Of a DNA stretch of 62,000 nucleotides, positions 49,640-62,000 are shown in pieces (the first letter of the stretch is position 1; each line of letters begins with the position of its first letter). Origin of the DNA: Chiloscyllium plagiosum (Eukaryota); NCBI RefSeq assembly GCF_004010195.1, contig NC_057751.1, positions 7,122,133-7,184,132 on the forward strand, written 5' to 3'. Made by a program: the position numbers and the translations under genes. The notes under the pieces were generated by a model. That model did no database searches and was not told the DNA's origin. It saw only the letters and a program-made list of their open reading frames with translations.

Positions 49640-51905
49640 TGGTGATTCAGTAATAGTGCTAATGTATGCTTGTAAACTTGGCTCAGGGTAAAACAGGAGT
49701 ACCCCATGAATGGCAGGACACTAAGAAGCTCAGAGGAACAGAAGGAGCTAGTGGTGTTTGTCCACAAATCCCAAAAGGTGATTAATAAATTAATAAGGCA
49801 GGTATGAAATCCAATTGCATTTATCTGTTGTGGCACAGATTACAATAGCTGGGAGATTATGTTGGAGTTGGACCGAACTTTCATATGACCGCTGCTGGAG
49901 TACTGTGGTCACCGCACTGTCTGATAGATGTCATATGGAGGGGGCGCAGAGGAGTTACCTCAGCATGTTGCTTGGCTTGCAGCATTTTGGCTATCAAGAG
50001 AGACCAGATAAGCTTAGGTTACAGAGTCTTACAGACGTACAGCACAGAAACAGACCCTTCGGTCCAACTCATCCATGCCAACCAGATATCCTAAATTAAT
50101 CTAGTCCCATTTGCCAGCATTTAGCCCATATCCCTCTAAACCTTTCCTACTCATGGACCTATCCAGATTCCTTTTAAATGTCTTAACTGTACCAGCCTCC
50201 AACACTTCCTCTGTCAGCTCATTCCATACACGCACCACCCTCTTCATGAAAATGTTGCCCCTTCTGTCCCTCTTAAATTTTTCCCCTTTCACCTGAAATC
50301 TATACCCTCTAGTTCTGGACTCTCCCACTTCAGGGAAAAGGTTTTGTCTATTTACCCTATCTTTGCCCCTCATGATTTTATAAACCTCTGTAAGGTCACC
50401 CCACAGGCTTCGTTGCTCCAGGGAAAACAGGGTTCTTTTCAGCAGAGAAGATTGAGCGAGGACTGAGAGAGGTGTAGAAAGTTGAGGAGGAAATGGATGC
50501 ATGGAATCAAGTGCGAGCTGGCAAATTAGATACACAATTGGCTTGATGGTAGAAAGCAGAGGGTAATAGTGGAATGATGCTTGTTGGACTGGAAGCCTGT
50601 GACTAGAGGAGTACCTCAGGGTCGGTGCTGGGCCCATTGCTGTTTGTTATCAATATCAATAATTTGGATGAGAATGTACAAGACAGGATTACTAAGTTTG
50701 TTTATGACACTAAAATAGGCAGTATTTTGGACAGTGAGGAGGGTTCGCAGAAATTGCAGCAGGACCTTGATCAGCTGGGGAAGTGGGCTGAGAAATGACA
50801 AATGAAGGGTAATAAGTGTGAGGTCTTGCATTTTGGAAAGTCAAACCAAGGTCAACTTTCATGGTGAATAGTAGGGCCTTAAGGAGTGCAGTGGAACAGA
50901 GGGATCTTGGAATTCAGGCTCACAGTTTTCTGAAAGTGGAGTTACAGGTAGACAGTACAGTGAAGGCAGCTTTTGGCACACTGGCCTACATCAGTCAGGG
51001 CACTGAGTATAGAAGTTGGGAAGTTACGTTGCAGTTGTACAGGACGTTGGTGAGATTGCACTTGAGAGTATTGTGTGCAGTTTTGGTCACCTTGCTATAG
51101 GAAGGGTGTTAATAAACTGGAAAAATTTATAAGGATGTTGCCTGGACTCAATGGTCTGAGTTTTCAGGAGAGGTTGGACAAGCTAGGACTTCTTGCTTTC
51201 GAGCACAGGAAACTGAAGGGGGTCCTTACCAAGGTGTATAAGACCATGAGAGGCATGGATAGGGTGAATGCACTCAGTATTTTTCCCAGGGTTAGGGAAT
51301 CGAGGACTTGAGGGCATCAGTTAAAGGTTAGTGGGGAAAGAACAAAAGGAACCTGCGGGGCAACTTTTTTTTTTAACATGGAGAGTGGTATGCATATGCT
51401 GGTGGAATTGGTTGAGGTGAGTACATTAACAACATTTAAAAGGCATTTGGACACATACATGGATAGGAAAGGATTAGAAGGATATGGGTCAACTGTAGGG
51501 AAAAGGGGTTAGTGTGGATAGACGTTTTGGTCAGCCTCAACCAGTTTGGGCCAAAGGGCCTACCTCTATGCTATAGGACTTTGTGACTCTATGGATAGGA
51601 TAGATAGAAACCTGCTGTTCCCCTTAGTCAAAGCGTCAATACCAAGGGGCCATAATTTTAAGGTCAAAGGCAAGATCTGAGGATAAGATCTTTCACCCAG
51701 AGCTGGATGGGAGTCTGGAATGCACTGCCTGTGTGGATAGGTTGAGGGGGAGTTATCTCGCAACCTTTAAAAAGCACTTGGACGAGAACATCAAATGTCA
51801 TAACATTCAAAGCTATGGACCTACCACTGGAAAGTGGGACCTTGTAGACTTGGTGATATAGACTTGATGGGCCGAAGGGCCTCTTCAGTACCGTCCCATT
51901 CAATG
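49640..51905. mobile_element. Nested cluster of CR1-type LINE fragments: + ~49640-50015, - ~50020-50430, + ~50490-51592, + ~51590-51905
   Basis: RT and C-terminal peptides in ORFs 50101-50637(-), 50861-51100(+) and 51075-51311(+). GVPQG..LGPLLF motif at ~50608-50645. Confidence 0.85.
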
Positions 51906-52684
51906 ACTTCAATGGGTTGTGAAGAGTCTGGTAGAACAGTGGACAGGGTTCATGACTGTTACAAAGGGAAGTGCCTTTCATTTTCGTAATACTGAGTTGG
52001 AGTAAATTTCCATTTATTCAGGACAAGATGACAGACAAGCAGCATGACAAATCTAAGACTAAGGAGAAGTCAGGACAAGTGGCAGGTAAAGTACATTTGG
52101 GATCTGGCATGTGATTTCATGACAGAGCAACATGTAGATTAACAGACAGGAGACAGAAAGATAGATCCTTGGGAAACATCAGAAATACAAGTCGGAAGGG
52201 AAGCCATTGCAACTGAGAGTCTATCTATCTAAAATTAGACGGGTCAGAAAGGAGAAATAAAGATGTTTGGAGATGCCAGGTATTCAGCAGTCCAGAGAGA
52301 AATTGCTACCTTTTGTGGGGAATTCAGAATCGGAGACATGACCTTTCAACAATAGCCTGACCCTTCAACAGTCAAACTGTGAAGCAATTTCCTCTTTACA
52401 AAAAAAGTCTTGCAAGCTGTGACGAGTTGAAGACCAAATGAAATATTCAAGACAGACATAGGTCAGGCATTTGTTGGATGAAGGGGATCAAGGGAGTTGA
52501 ACTCAGCCGAGCAAACAATGTTGAGGTGCTCATCAGCCATTGTCGAACTCAATTGCACGGCAGACCTCAGACCCACAATGGCTGCTATGAAGACACATAT
52601 GAGCAAGAGTGAACCGGAGCTGACTTGTGTGCAATCCTGTCCAAGGTGTTCAGGCCAGTGCGACTTTCCAACACACGTACATTA

Positions 52685-53005
52685 TAGAGTCACACAGCAC
52701 GGAAACAGAGCCATCAGTCCAACTCGTCCATGCCGACCAAGCTTCCCAAACTCAACTTGTCCAATTTGCCTGCATTCCCGTATCCTTCCAAACCTTTCCT
52801 ATTCGTGTATCTGTCCAATAGTCTTTTAAATACTGTATCTGCATCAACCACTTCCTCTGGTAGTTCATTCCACATACGAACCACCCCGTGTGGGAAACAT
52901 TTGCCCCTCTGGTCCCTTTTATATCTTTCTCCTCTCAATTTAAAAGTATGCCCCCACGTTTTCAACGAGGGAAATTCTAGGGAAAACTCTATTCACCCTA
53001 TCTAT
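52685..53005 (-). mobile_element. CR1-type LINE 3' end
   Basis: GHTFKLRGERYKRDQRG..VVRMWNELPEEVV plus the family tail. Confidence 0.85.
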
Positions 53006-53173
53006 GCCCAACCGATTCAGCAGTGGCTAGAAAAAGATCCCATCAACGCGTTCTCTAGTCTTCAGGTCTCAGTCTCCATGTTCACCAAGTTAGCAGTGTG
53101 GTACACTCAAATTCTTTAAAAGGACACTTTGCCAATCATGCTAACACCAATTTCATGAAATAGAACTGCTCAC

Positions 53174-53263
53174 CTTTGGGTGGAAAATAGGATTTACTTC
53201 CAGACTTGTGAGGCCAGTCTACCATGAGCTGTCCAAAACAGCAGAAAGTAGCAATTATCTCAT
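53174..53263 (-). CDS. CPEB2/3/4-subfamily protein, RRM1 exon
   Basis: tttag|AT GAG ... AAA G|gtgagc, 90 nt. DEIIATFCCFGQLMVDWPHKSGSKSYFPPK. Not in the ORF track; phases match both neighbouring exons. Confidence 0.95.
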
Positions 53264-54924
53264 CTAAACAAAATAAATATTGAAACAATCAGAAAATCAA
53301 ACATATTTAACTCTAATTTCCATTACTCAAATGAACACACAGGGTTCTGACTTAGACAACTAACAGCTGATGAAATTTGGAACACTTCACCATATAGCAA
53401 TTGATGCCAAGACAGTATTAATGTTCAAGTCTCAAACTGACCTAAGTCAGTTCAGCAAGGGTTATGAAGAGGATGTGGGACAACAGCAAATATTTGGAGT
53501 TTGGTCGCAGATCAGCCATGAGTTTAGTGAATTGTCAAAAGAGACTGAAGGGCTAAATGCCTCCACTACACCTATGCCACTATTATATCACAAAGGAATC
53601 ACCAGACATCAATATGCATCCTGTGTGGGCTTCCTGGTAATAAGTTTAAGGGCATACAAGTTTAATTTTAATCATGCATATTATGGTCCGCTGTAGCAGA
53701 CAGCATTCAGCCAAAGGTACCTTCTGAAATGGCACCTCCACTCAGAAAGCCACTTGCTCAGGTTTTCAACAGCTTGTGACGCATCACGAGTGTGATATGG
53801 TCTCCCAAGTATCACACTTGGAAACAGTCATGTGAAAAAGGAGCATGACGTCAACTCAGGACAATTTTCAATTCGCTCATCAGGTTAACTAAAACTATCA
53901 GTGACGCAAAAGAAAATGTTGCCGGGGGTAGAGCTCCCAAATGCCTCAAGAGTGGCCATCAGTTGGGAACAGTAGTGGGAAAGCAAGGTCTTAATGTTAC
54001 CAGTGGGGTGGACTGTTGTTGAGGACATCATGAGGACGGTGGATGACACTATCCTGAGTATTCTATCTCTTTGTTTCCAAGATGCAATTTTGTCCTGGTG
54101 CTGTCAGACATTGCAAGCTAAGTTGAAGTCCTGTGGGGTTTCTGAGCAGGAACGTGAAAAAAATCTTTCAGCAGTCCAACAGGCCAGAAGCTCTTTTTAA
54201 TGGTTGTGATTCTGCATGAGGTTCTGATGAATGGTGGAGTCGCACAGGGACCCATGTTGGGATAACGCTGCTAAAACATTTGAAAATAAAGCATTGGATT
54301 ACTATTGAGGATGAGGCAAGAAATGAAAATCACACACTGCTGCAGGAACTCAGCAGGACCAGCAGCATTTGTGGAGAGAGAAACGGAATTTACTTTGAGT
54401 GCAGAATCACAGTTCTTTGGAACTGCAGAGCAGAGCAAGTGTTCTGCCGTCAAAATATTAACAGTGATTGTCCCTCCACACATGCTGCTAGACCTGCTGA
54501 GTTCCAGAACTGCTGTTTTCATTTCATCTTCCAGCACCAGCAGTGTTTTACTTGTACACACATGAGACAAAGTTATCTATGAATGATGAAATACCACATT
54601 CCCCATATCCTAATGCTTGTTCAAGCTTCAGTTAGAGAACTTGGTGTGCATTTACTTCCCCTTGCATGGTGGGTGATGGAGAAGGTACTGTAATACTGTC
54701 CAGCTTTCATGTCGTTGTGACCAACATGGACTACTACAAAGTGTGTTGACATAAGAGTAGCTTTACTAAAATGTACTAAGCACTTCGGTTCACAGAGAGT
54801 GGGCCACCTGTGGAACATGTGATGATGCTGCTCCTTTAAGACATTGAGCTTGCCCTTGGTTTTTCTTTTCCCCCCCCAGAGTGGTTGTAAATGCATAGAT
54901 TCTGAAATATCCGAGTTTATCCAA

Positions 54925-57900
54925 TTAGAGCCATGGAGATGTACAGTATGAAAACGATTCAACTCATCCATGCCGACAAGATATCCTAACCCAATCGAGT
55001 CCCATTTTTCCAGCATTTGACCCATATCCCTCTAAACCCTTCCTATTCATATATACCCATCCAGATACCTTTTCAACATTGTCTTTGTACCAGCCCCAGC
55101 CACTTCCTCTGGCAGATCATTCCACACATGCATCCTCTGCATGAAAAATTTGCCCCTTAGATGCCTTTTAAACCTTACCCACTCACCCTCAAACCTCTAG
55201 TTCTGGACTCCCCCACCCCAGGGAAAAGACTTTGTCTATTTATCCTATCCATGCTCATGATTTTATAAACCTCTAAAAGGTCACCCCACAGCCTGTGATG
55301 CTCCAGGGAAAACAGGGAAAACAGCCCCAACCTATTCAGCCTTTCCCTGTATCTCAAAGTCTCCAACCCTGGCAACATCTTCCAACTCTTTCAAGTTTCA
55401 CAACATCCTTCCGATAGGAAGGAGACCATAATTGCACGCAATATTCCAAAAGTGGCCTAACCAATGTCCTGTACAGCTGCAACATGACCTTCCAACTCTT
55501 ATACTCAATGCTTTGGCCAATAAAAGAAAGTACACTGAACGCCTTCTTCACTATCCTATCTACCTGCTACTTCACTTCCAAGGAACTATGAACCAAGGTC
55601 TCCTTGTTCAGCAATACTCCCCAGGACCTTACCATCAAGTCTTGCTCTGATTTGCCTTTCCAAAATGCAGCACCTCACATTTACCTAAGTAAACTCCTCA
55701 GGCCATTGGCCCATCTGGTCAAGATCCTGTTGTAATCTGAGGTAACGTTCTTCGTTGTCCAATACACCTCCAATTTTGGTGTCATCTGCAAACTTACTAA
55801 CCAGACCTCCATGTTCACATGCAAATCATTTATACAAATGACGAAAAGTAGTGGACCGAGCACACCACTGGTCATAGGCCTCCAGTCTGAAAAGCAACCC
55901 TCCACCACCATCACTACCATCTGTCTTCTACCTTCAAGCCAGTTGTACATCCAACTGGCAAGTTCTCCCTGTATTCCAGGAGACCTAATCTTGCTAACCA
56001 GCCTACTGTGAAGAAACTTGTCAAACTACTTTCTCAAGTCCATATAGATTATGTCCACTGCTCTACCCTCAGTAATCCCCTTTGTTACTTCTTCAACAAA
56101 CTCAATCAAGTTCATAAGACTTGATTTCCCAAATACAAGGCCATGCTGATTACCCCTAATCAGTCCTTGCCTTTCCAAATACATGTAACCCCTGTCCCTC
56201 AGGATTGCCTGCAACAACCCTTCCACCACCAATGTCAGGCTCACCAGTCTTTAGTTCCCTGGCTTTTCTTTACCACCTTTCTTAAATAAGGTTGGCAACA
56301 CATTAGCCAACCTGTAGTCTTCCAGCACCTCACCCATGACTCTTGATGGTACAAATATCTCAGCAATCACTTCCCTAGCTTCCCACAGAGTTCAAAGGAT
56401 CCACCTGATCAGATCCTGGGGATTTATCCACTTTTATGCATTTTAAGACATCCAGCATCATCTCCTTTATAATACAGATATTTTTCAGGATGTCACCATC
56501 TATTTCTCCACATTCTGTATCTTCCATGTCCTTCTCCACAGTAAACACCGATGCAAAATACTCATTCAGTATCTCCCCCATCTCCTGTGGCTCCACACAA
56601 AGGCCACCTTGCTGATCTTTGAGGGACCCTATTCTCTCCCTAGTTACCCTTTTGTCCTTAATGTATTTGTAAAAACCCTTTGGATTCTCCTTAATCCTAT
56701 TTGCCAAAGCTATCTCATGTCCTCTTTCTGCCCTCCTGATTTCCCTCTTCAGTACACTCCTACTGGCTTTTGCTCTGCTAAGGATTCACTTGCTCTCTTG
56801 CTGTCAATACCTGATATATGCTTCCTTCTTTTCCTTAACCAAAACCTCAATTTCTCTACTCATCCAGCATTTCCTAAACTTACCAGCGTTCCCTTTCACC
56901 CTATCAGGCCTATATTTTCTCTCGTTATTTCATTTCTGAAGGCTTCCATTTTCCAGCTGCCCCTTTACCTGCGAACATCTGCCCCCAGTCAGCTTTTGAA
57001 AGTTCTTGCCTAATACTGTCAAAATTGGCCTTCCCCCATTTTAGAACTTCAACTTTTAGATCTGGTCTATTCTTTTCCATCACTATTTTACAACTAATAG
57101 AATTATGGTCGCTGGCCCCGAAGTGCTCCCCCACTGACACCTCGGTCATCTGCCCTGTCTTATTTCCCAGGAGTAGGTCGGGTTTTGCACCTTCCCTAGT
57201 ATGTATATCCACACAATGAAACAGGAAATTGTCTTGTGGACACAACAAATTCCTCTCCGTCTAAACCCTCAACACTGCGACAGTCCCAGTCTATGTTTGA
57301 AATTTTACAATCTCCAACCATAACCACCCTATTATTCTTACAGATAACTGAGATCTCCTTATAAAATTGGTTCTCAATTTCTCTCCGACTCTTAGGGGGG
57401 TCGATAATACAATCCCAATAAGGTGATCATCCCTTTCTTCTTTTTCAGTTCCATCCAAATAACTTCCCTGGATGTATCCCAGAAATATCTTCCCTGAGTA
57501 CAGCAGAAATGCTATCCCTGATCAAAAATACCACTCCCCCTCCTCACCATATATCCTTCCTATAGCATTTATATTTTGGACATTAAGCTGCCAGTTCTGT
57601 CCATCACTGAGCCACGTTTCTGTAATTGCTGTGATACCCCAGTCCCATGTTACTAACCATGCCCGGAGTTCATCTGCCTTCCCTGTTAGGCCTCGCATTG
57701 AAATAAAGGCAGTTTAATTTCATTTATCAGTCCTACCTTGATCTCTGCTTTCCTCCTGCCTGCTTTGACTGTTTGACTCGCTCGCTTTCCCAACTGTACC
57801 AGTCCCAGATTGATCTCTTTCCTCACTATGTCTCTGGTCCCACCCACCCCCCCCCCCCCCCCCCACCCAAAACGTACTTGTTTAAACCCTCCTAAGCAGC

Positions 57901-58012
57901 TCTAGCAAATCTCCCTGCCAGTACATAAGTCCCCTTCAAATTCAGATGTAATCGGTCCTTCTTATGCAGGTCACTCCCATTCCAGAAGAGATTCCAATGA
58001 TCCAAACATGTG
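54925..58012 (-). mobile_element. Long decayed CR1/HER1-type LINE (end of ORF1, endonuclease, RT, 3' tail)
   Basis: Frameshifted peptides in order: PTREG..DLLLGN..SDHN (APE endonuclease), IKENPKGFYKYIK, NQHG....KS.L.NL, LGPLLFVICINDL, YRTLVRPLLEYCVQLW. ORF1 esterase remnant at ~57900-58010. Confidence 0.93.
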
Positions 58013-60272
58013 TCCTGTTCTCTTTTGTTTGTGTTTCATTCTGTAAATAAATTCTGTTTCGTTTAAAACAGAGGGGTTTTGACCAGCTGCATCACTCCTC
58101 GAATATCCACTCTACACCTGCTGAAAACAACTAGAGAAGTTAGGGTCTGGGCTACCTTCTTGAAATGTTTTGAGGGGGTCTGACCTGGTCCATAATAAAT
58201 AACAGGCAAGAGGAGAAAGGGCAAATGCTCTTTTCTCTCTCTCAATCAGTCAGATGCATCACTGCACACGTCCACTTGAGAACCAGGAATTTCTGAACTT
58301 TGGATTCACGGTCAAGCTGTCCCTCTCCAGCTCCAACAAGGCAACTAGATATACACATTCAAGTGTAACCTTGCATGCTCCATCATCCTATGAACTGCCC
58401 AAGGCAGAGCACATAATGGGCTTTATTTTTAACCAAATCAGGCGTTGGTTCAGCAAAGCCCTGTACTGAAAGAGCAGCTTTGCCACTGCTGGGAAGCTCT
58501 GCCATGATGGAAACACAGCTGCAAGTGGGATGGATTTATGTTAAATATTTTACATCTGGGGTTACCCAAAATTTAAGAACCTTCATATTGTCAGTGGACA
58601 GCAAGGATTCCTATGCGTTCCACGGCACTCCATCGCTGACAAGTCCAGGATTTCGCTGTCAATCAGTTTTAAAAGCAGCTAAATGCACTGGTTTTGATTA
58701 CAGGCTCGGAAAACCATGTTTTTCCGCACAATTGTGACGTAAAAATTGACTCTCTCTTTTACAGTTGCTTGCAATATTGAACTGCTTGCTGAACAAAGTC
58801 TCTTCAAGTGGTCAGATATCGCCAACGGTGAGTAAATTCCTTTCGGGAGCACTGCACAAATAAGATATGGATGCAATCCAATTTGGCAAGTGTTTGGTAA
58901 TATATTTTTGAGAAAATAAACATGTAATGGGAGTCGACACTCAATGGAGAGACGTGGCTGGTCAGAAAACTGAAGGACCACTGCAACAACGTGGCCATTG
59001 ACGAGAACTCCCATGACATATTAGGTTTTGCAGAGCAGAGAAAAGAATGTCATAATAATCATCAACAAATGTTCACCACCAATTCAAGCTGTGCCATTTT
59101 ACAAAGCTAGAAAGTATACATTTAGTGGGTCGGTGTCTGTGATGGGGAAACCAATCATGAGAACAAAAACTGTGGCTAAGAGGAAATTTTGTTTTTGAAA
59201 TTACGTTGAATTTTGAGAAGAGTATTTCACTTTAAAAATGATTGTTTCTTATGAAATTTGTTGACACAAGCAGAAACTATGTTGATGTTTCCTAGTGAAT
59301 TTTATAATGAGTTGAAGCAGAAAAGGATAGAGGATTGGACAAAGACAATAGAGTACTTTTAGATTGCTTCAGCAGGGGGGCGGATTCGCTCTCGTCAAGT
59401 TGTTCATTCAACACTCTGCATTGTGCTCATGACAGGAGGCATTCTGTTTTTTGAAGGACGTAACTTGCCTCTTAATTACTGAAGCAGTCATTTCACTGAT
59501 TGCCCTTGAAAAGGTATTGGTGGATCATCTTCTGGAGCTGCTCCATTGCAGTCCATGTGGTGTAGGTACATCCACTGTGCTGTTCAGGACAAAGTCCAGG
59601 ATTGTAACCAAGGGGCAGTGAATGCACAGTGATTTGGAGGCTATGCCAAATGCAGTTTGGTTTCCCCAAGTCCAGAGACACGTATGGTCCTGTCCAGCTA
59701 AGGAGGGCAGGATTCCTCTGCCAAAGGAAATTGACGAACCACTGGGATTGGGAGTTGCAAAAATCATCTGATCTCCAGGTTACATTTTATCGCAGATCTA
59801 TTTTATTAGCTGTACTTGAATTCATGAACGGCTCGAGAAGGCTTTGAATTTATGACAGAGTGTTATTTGTTCAGGCTGGGGGATTAGTGGTCCAGTCAGG
59901 AATCATGGTGCTCCCTTAACACCGTCATTTACAATGTCAGAGGTTGGACATCCTACCCTACACATTCCAACACATTCCCATTATCTGTATGAAGGAACAG
60001 TCAACTTCTGGAGACAGTGTTAGTGAGCTATTCTTTCAAATGTAGTAGTGATCAATACAGTGACATTTTGTACGTTTTCACATGGGTGATGCTCATCTCT
60101 TGAACTAGTAGCAGAGAAGAGTAAACAAGGAGAGCACAAAACTGATATTCAACAGATCAACAGTGAGCAGTTTCAGCCAGAGAAATATTTACACTTAATT
60201 TACTATCCTTCAGGACATACAAAGAAGGTCCAATCACAATAGGTTCCCTCACGCACAAGAATCTTAACTCAC

Positions 60273-60440
60273 CTTCATCAATATCAGGTGGCAAACCGCC
60301 AACAAAAACCTTTCGGGAATATCGCTCTCCTGATTTCCCATTCTGGCTGAGAGCCGGGGAGTTCAAGCCTGAAGATAAAGACTGATCACCCTGGCTGTTG
60401 TCAAGGAAGCCATCTTCAACAGGGAACAAAGCCGATCGAC
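60273..60440 (-). CDS. CPEB2/3/4-subfamily protein, exon entering RRM1 (upstream exons lie beyond the window)
   Basis: tgcag|GT CGA ... GAA G|gtgagt, 168 nt. GRSALFPVEDGFLDNSQGDQSLSSGLNSPALSQNGKSGERYSRKVFVGGLPPDIDE. Confidence 0.96.
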
Positions 60441-60499
60441 CTGCACGATGAGAGAGACAGGCAGCTATTGAACTTCGCACAGATTATTCAGCATTAAAT

Positions 60500-60930
60500 C
60501 CTTGGCTCCCAGTGATATAATGCCTCAACTTACTTAAAAATATTTAGCCATTTTTAAATCCCTCTCTGACCTGGTTTCTCCCCGCCTCTGTAATCTCAAG
60601 TCCACAATACTGAGATAAGAAACAAAAGTAGGTGTAGAGCATTCTGCTCTGCCATTCTATCACATCACGACTGATTTGCCCTATGCCTAACTTGCCTTTT
60701 GTGCCAACTCCTAGCTCTGAACTCCTTAGAATTTCTAAAATCTGTGCTTCATTCATTCTGGCTTTTCATGCATTCCTTCCACCACTAGCAGAAATGTCTC
60801 AACCTGCTGGGGCCTTAAGCTCTGAAATTCCCTCCCTAAACTGTTCTGTTTCATTGCCCTCTGTCTGCAGCTTTCAGACTGCTCCTTAAAACGGATATCT
60901 TCAATTGTGCTTTTGGCCACCTTCCCCGAG
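60500..60930 (+). mobile_element. Old L2/CR1-clade fragment with a small nested repeat
   Basis: tttaaatccctctctgacctgg...ggccttaagctctgaaattccctccctaaac...ttttggccacc. Confidence 0.45.
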
Positions 60931-62000
60931 GGTTTGGGAGAAAAAAAAGTGTGATCATTTTCTTAAAGCAGCTTAAAGAGGGGGAACCAAATAGAGGGAA
61001 GAAAAACAAGGGGTTTTTATACAGACTCGGCAAGCAGAAACTGTTTCCTTTCAAAGTGATTGGTCAATGGTCAGTGTCTAAAAGCCACTGGATGTGGTCT
61101 CAAAATAAGAGGCCACTTAGTAGTAAGATGAGCAGGATTTCATGAGTATTAGGAATTCTTCACTATGGAGAGTTGTGGAAACTTAGTCATCAATGAGATT
61201 CGAGGCAGGGGGTGATAAACTTCTCGACATGTGGCAGCCTACGACTTCACAGGTTCAATGACCTGTTCATGCCTCCTATTTTTTGTAAATTCCAGAGGTC
61301 TCAGATTAGAAGCAGAGAGGAAATCAGGACATGATCTTTAACAAATCAAAACCAACACCAGGATGGTACAGTGCAATCAGGTTCCACTGGAACTCTTGGG
61401 AGACAACTGAAATGTACACCTGGAAGCAAGACTAATCTTCTGGACTCCAGAAGAAGCTGACGTGCCAGTCTAAATTGAGCAGTGTTTGTTGAAAAAAAAG
61501 ATTCAGGAGGCTGGATGGACTCTTGTCTCTGAATGTGCACTAACTATGGCTACAATTAATCTGACAACACAGATTTGCCAGGCTACTTCATGATTTTGGC
61601 AGAGCCAAGTGCCACCTCAAAGAGATGAGGGAATTGGCAAGAAAAGTGTTCCTTGTAAAGCAGACGTTCAGGTTGACCAACCAGTTGGCAGCGTTCAAAG
61701 GAAATGTGGCAAGTTTATAATGTTACAAAACCATATAACTACTTGGAACGTCATTATACTGGCTAGAGGTTTGAAAGGCAGAGGTCACTGTCTGAGGATA
61801 CGGAGTCAGCTATCCAGGGTTGAAAGGAAGGGAAATTTCCACAGTCGGAGGGTCATAAATCAACAGAGCTCTACCCCGAAGAGCTGCAGAAGTGAATTAA
61901 AGCCAGATAATAGATTTTGGATATCAACAGATATGGCACATAAAAGTGTCATGAAATTAGAAAAATGAGCCATGATCTTACTCAATGGTGTAAGAGACTC

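Noticed and set aside
60441..62000. Search for the 24-nt neuronal microexon and upstream exons of CPEB2-4
   Set aside because: No ARxYGRRR-like coding sequence with splice sites was seen; these exons probably lie beyond the window.

Overview
Eukaryotic, intron-containing vertebrate DNA. The repeat content (HE1/V-SINEs, CR1/HER1-type LINEs, Deu-domain SINEs, Penelope-like elements) points to a cartilaginous fish, probably a shark; this is an inference. Two genes converge tail-to-tail. On the + strand are the last two coding exons (death domain) and 3' UTR of an UNC5D-like netrin receptor (5107-6462). On the - strand are six coding exons (RRM1, RRM2, ZZ zinc finger) of a CPEB2/3/4-subfamily gene (60440 down to 31895), with a ~5 kb 3' UTR lacking recognisable transposons and ending near 26870. 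The CPEB protein is intact but unusually divergent for this subfamily, and it sits beside UNC5D, so it is a candidate fourth ohnolog ('CPEB5'-like) that is absent from mammals. Other notable items: Penelope-derived fold-back repeats carrying minimal hammerhead ribozyme motifs, two solo LTRs with exact 5-bp target-site duplications (TSDs), a retroposed polyadenylated fragment inside one of those LTRs, and a ~170-bp inverted duplication. Most ORFs in the supplied track are spurious or transposon fragments. Repeat boundaries are approximate unless TSDs are quoted. Comparisons with human proteins are from memory, not from a database search.
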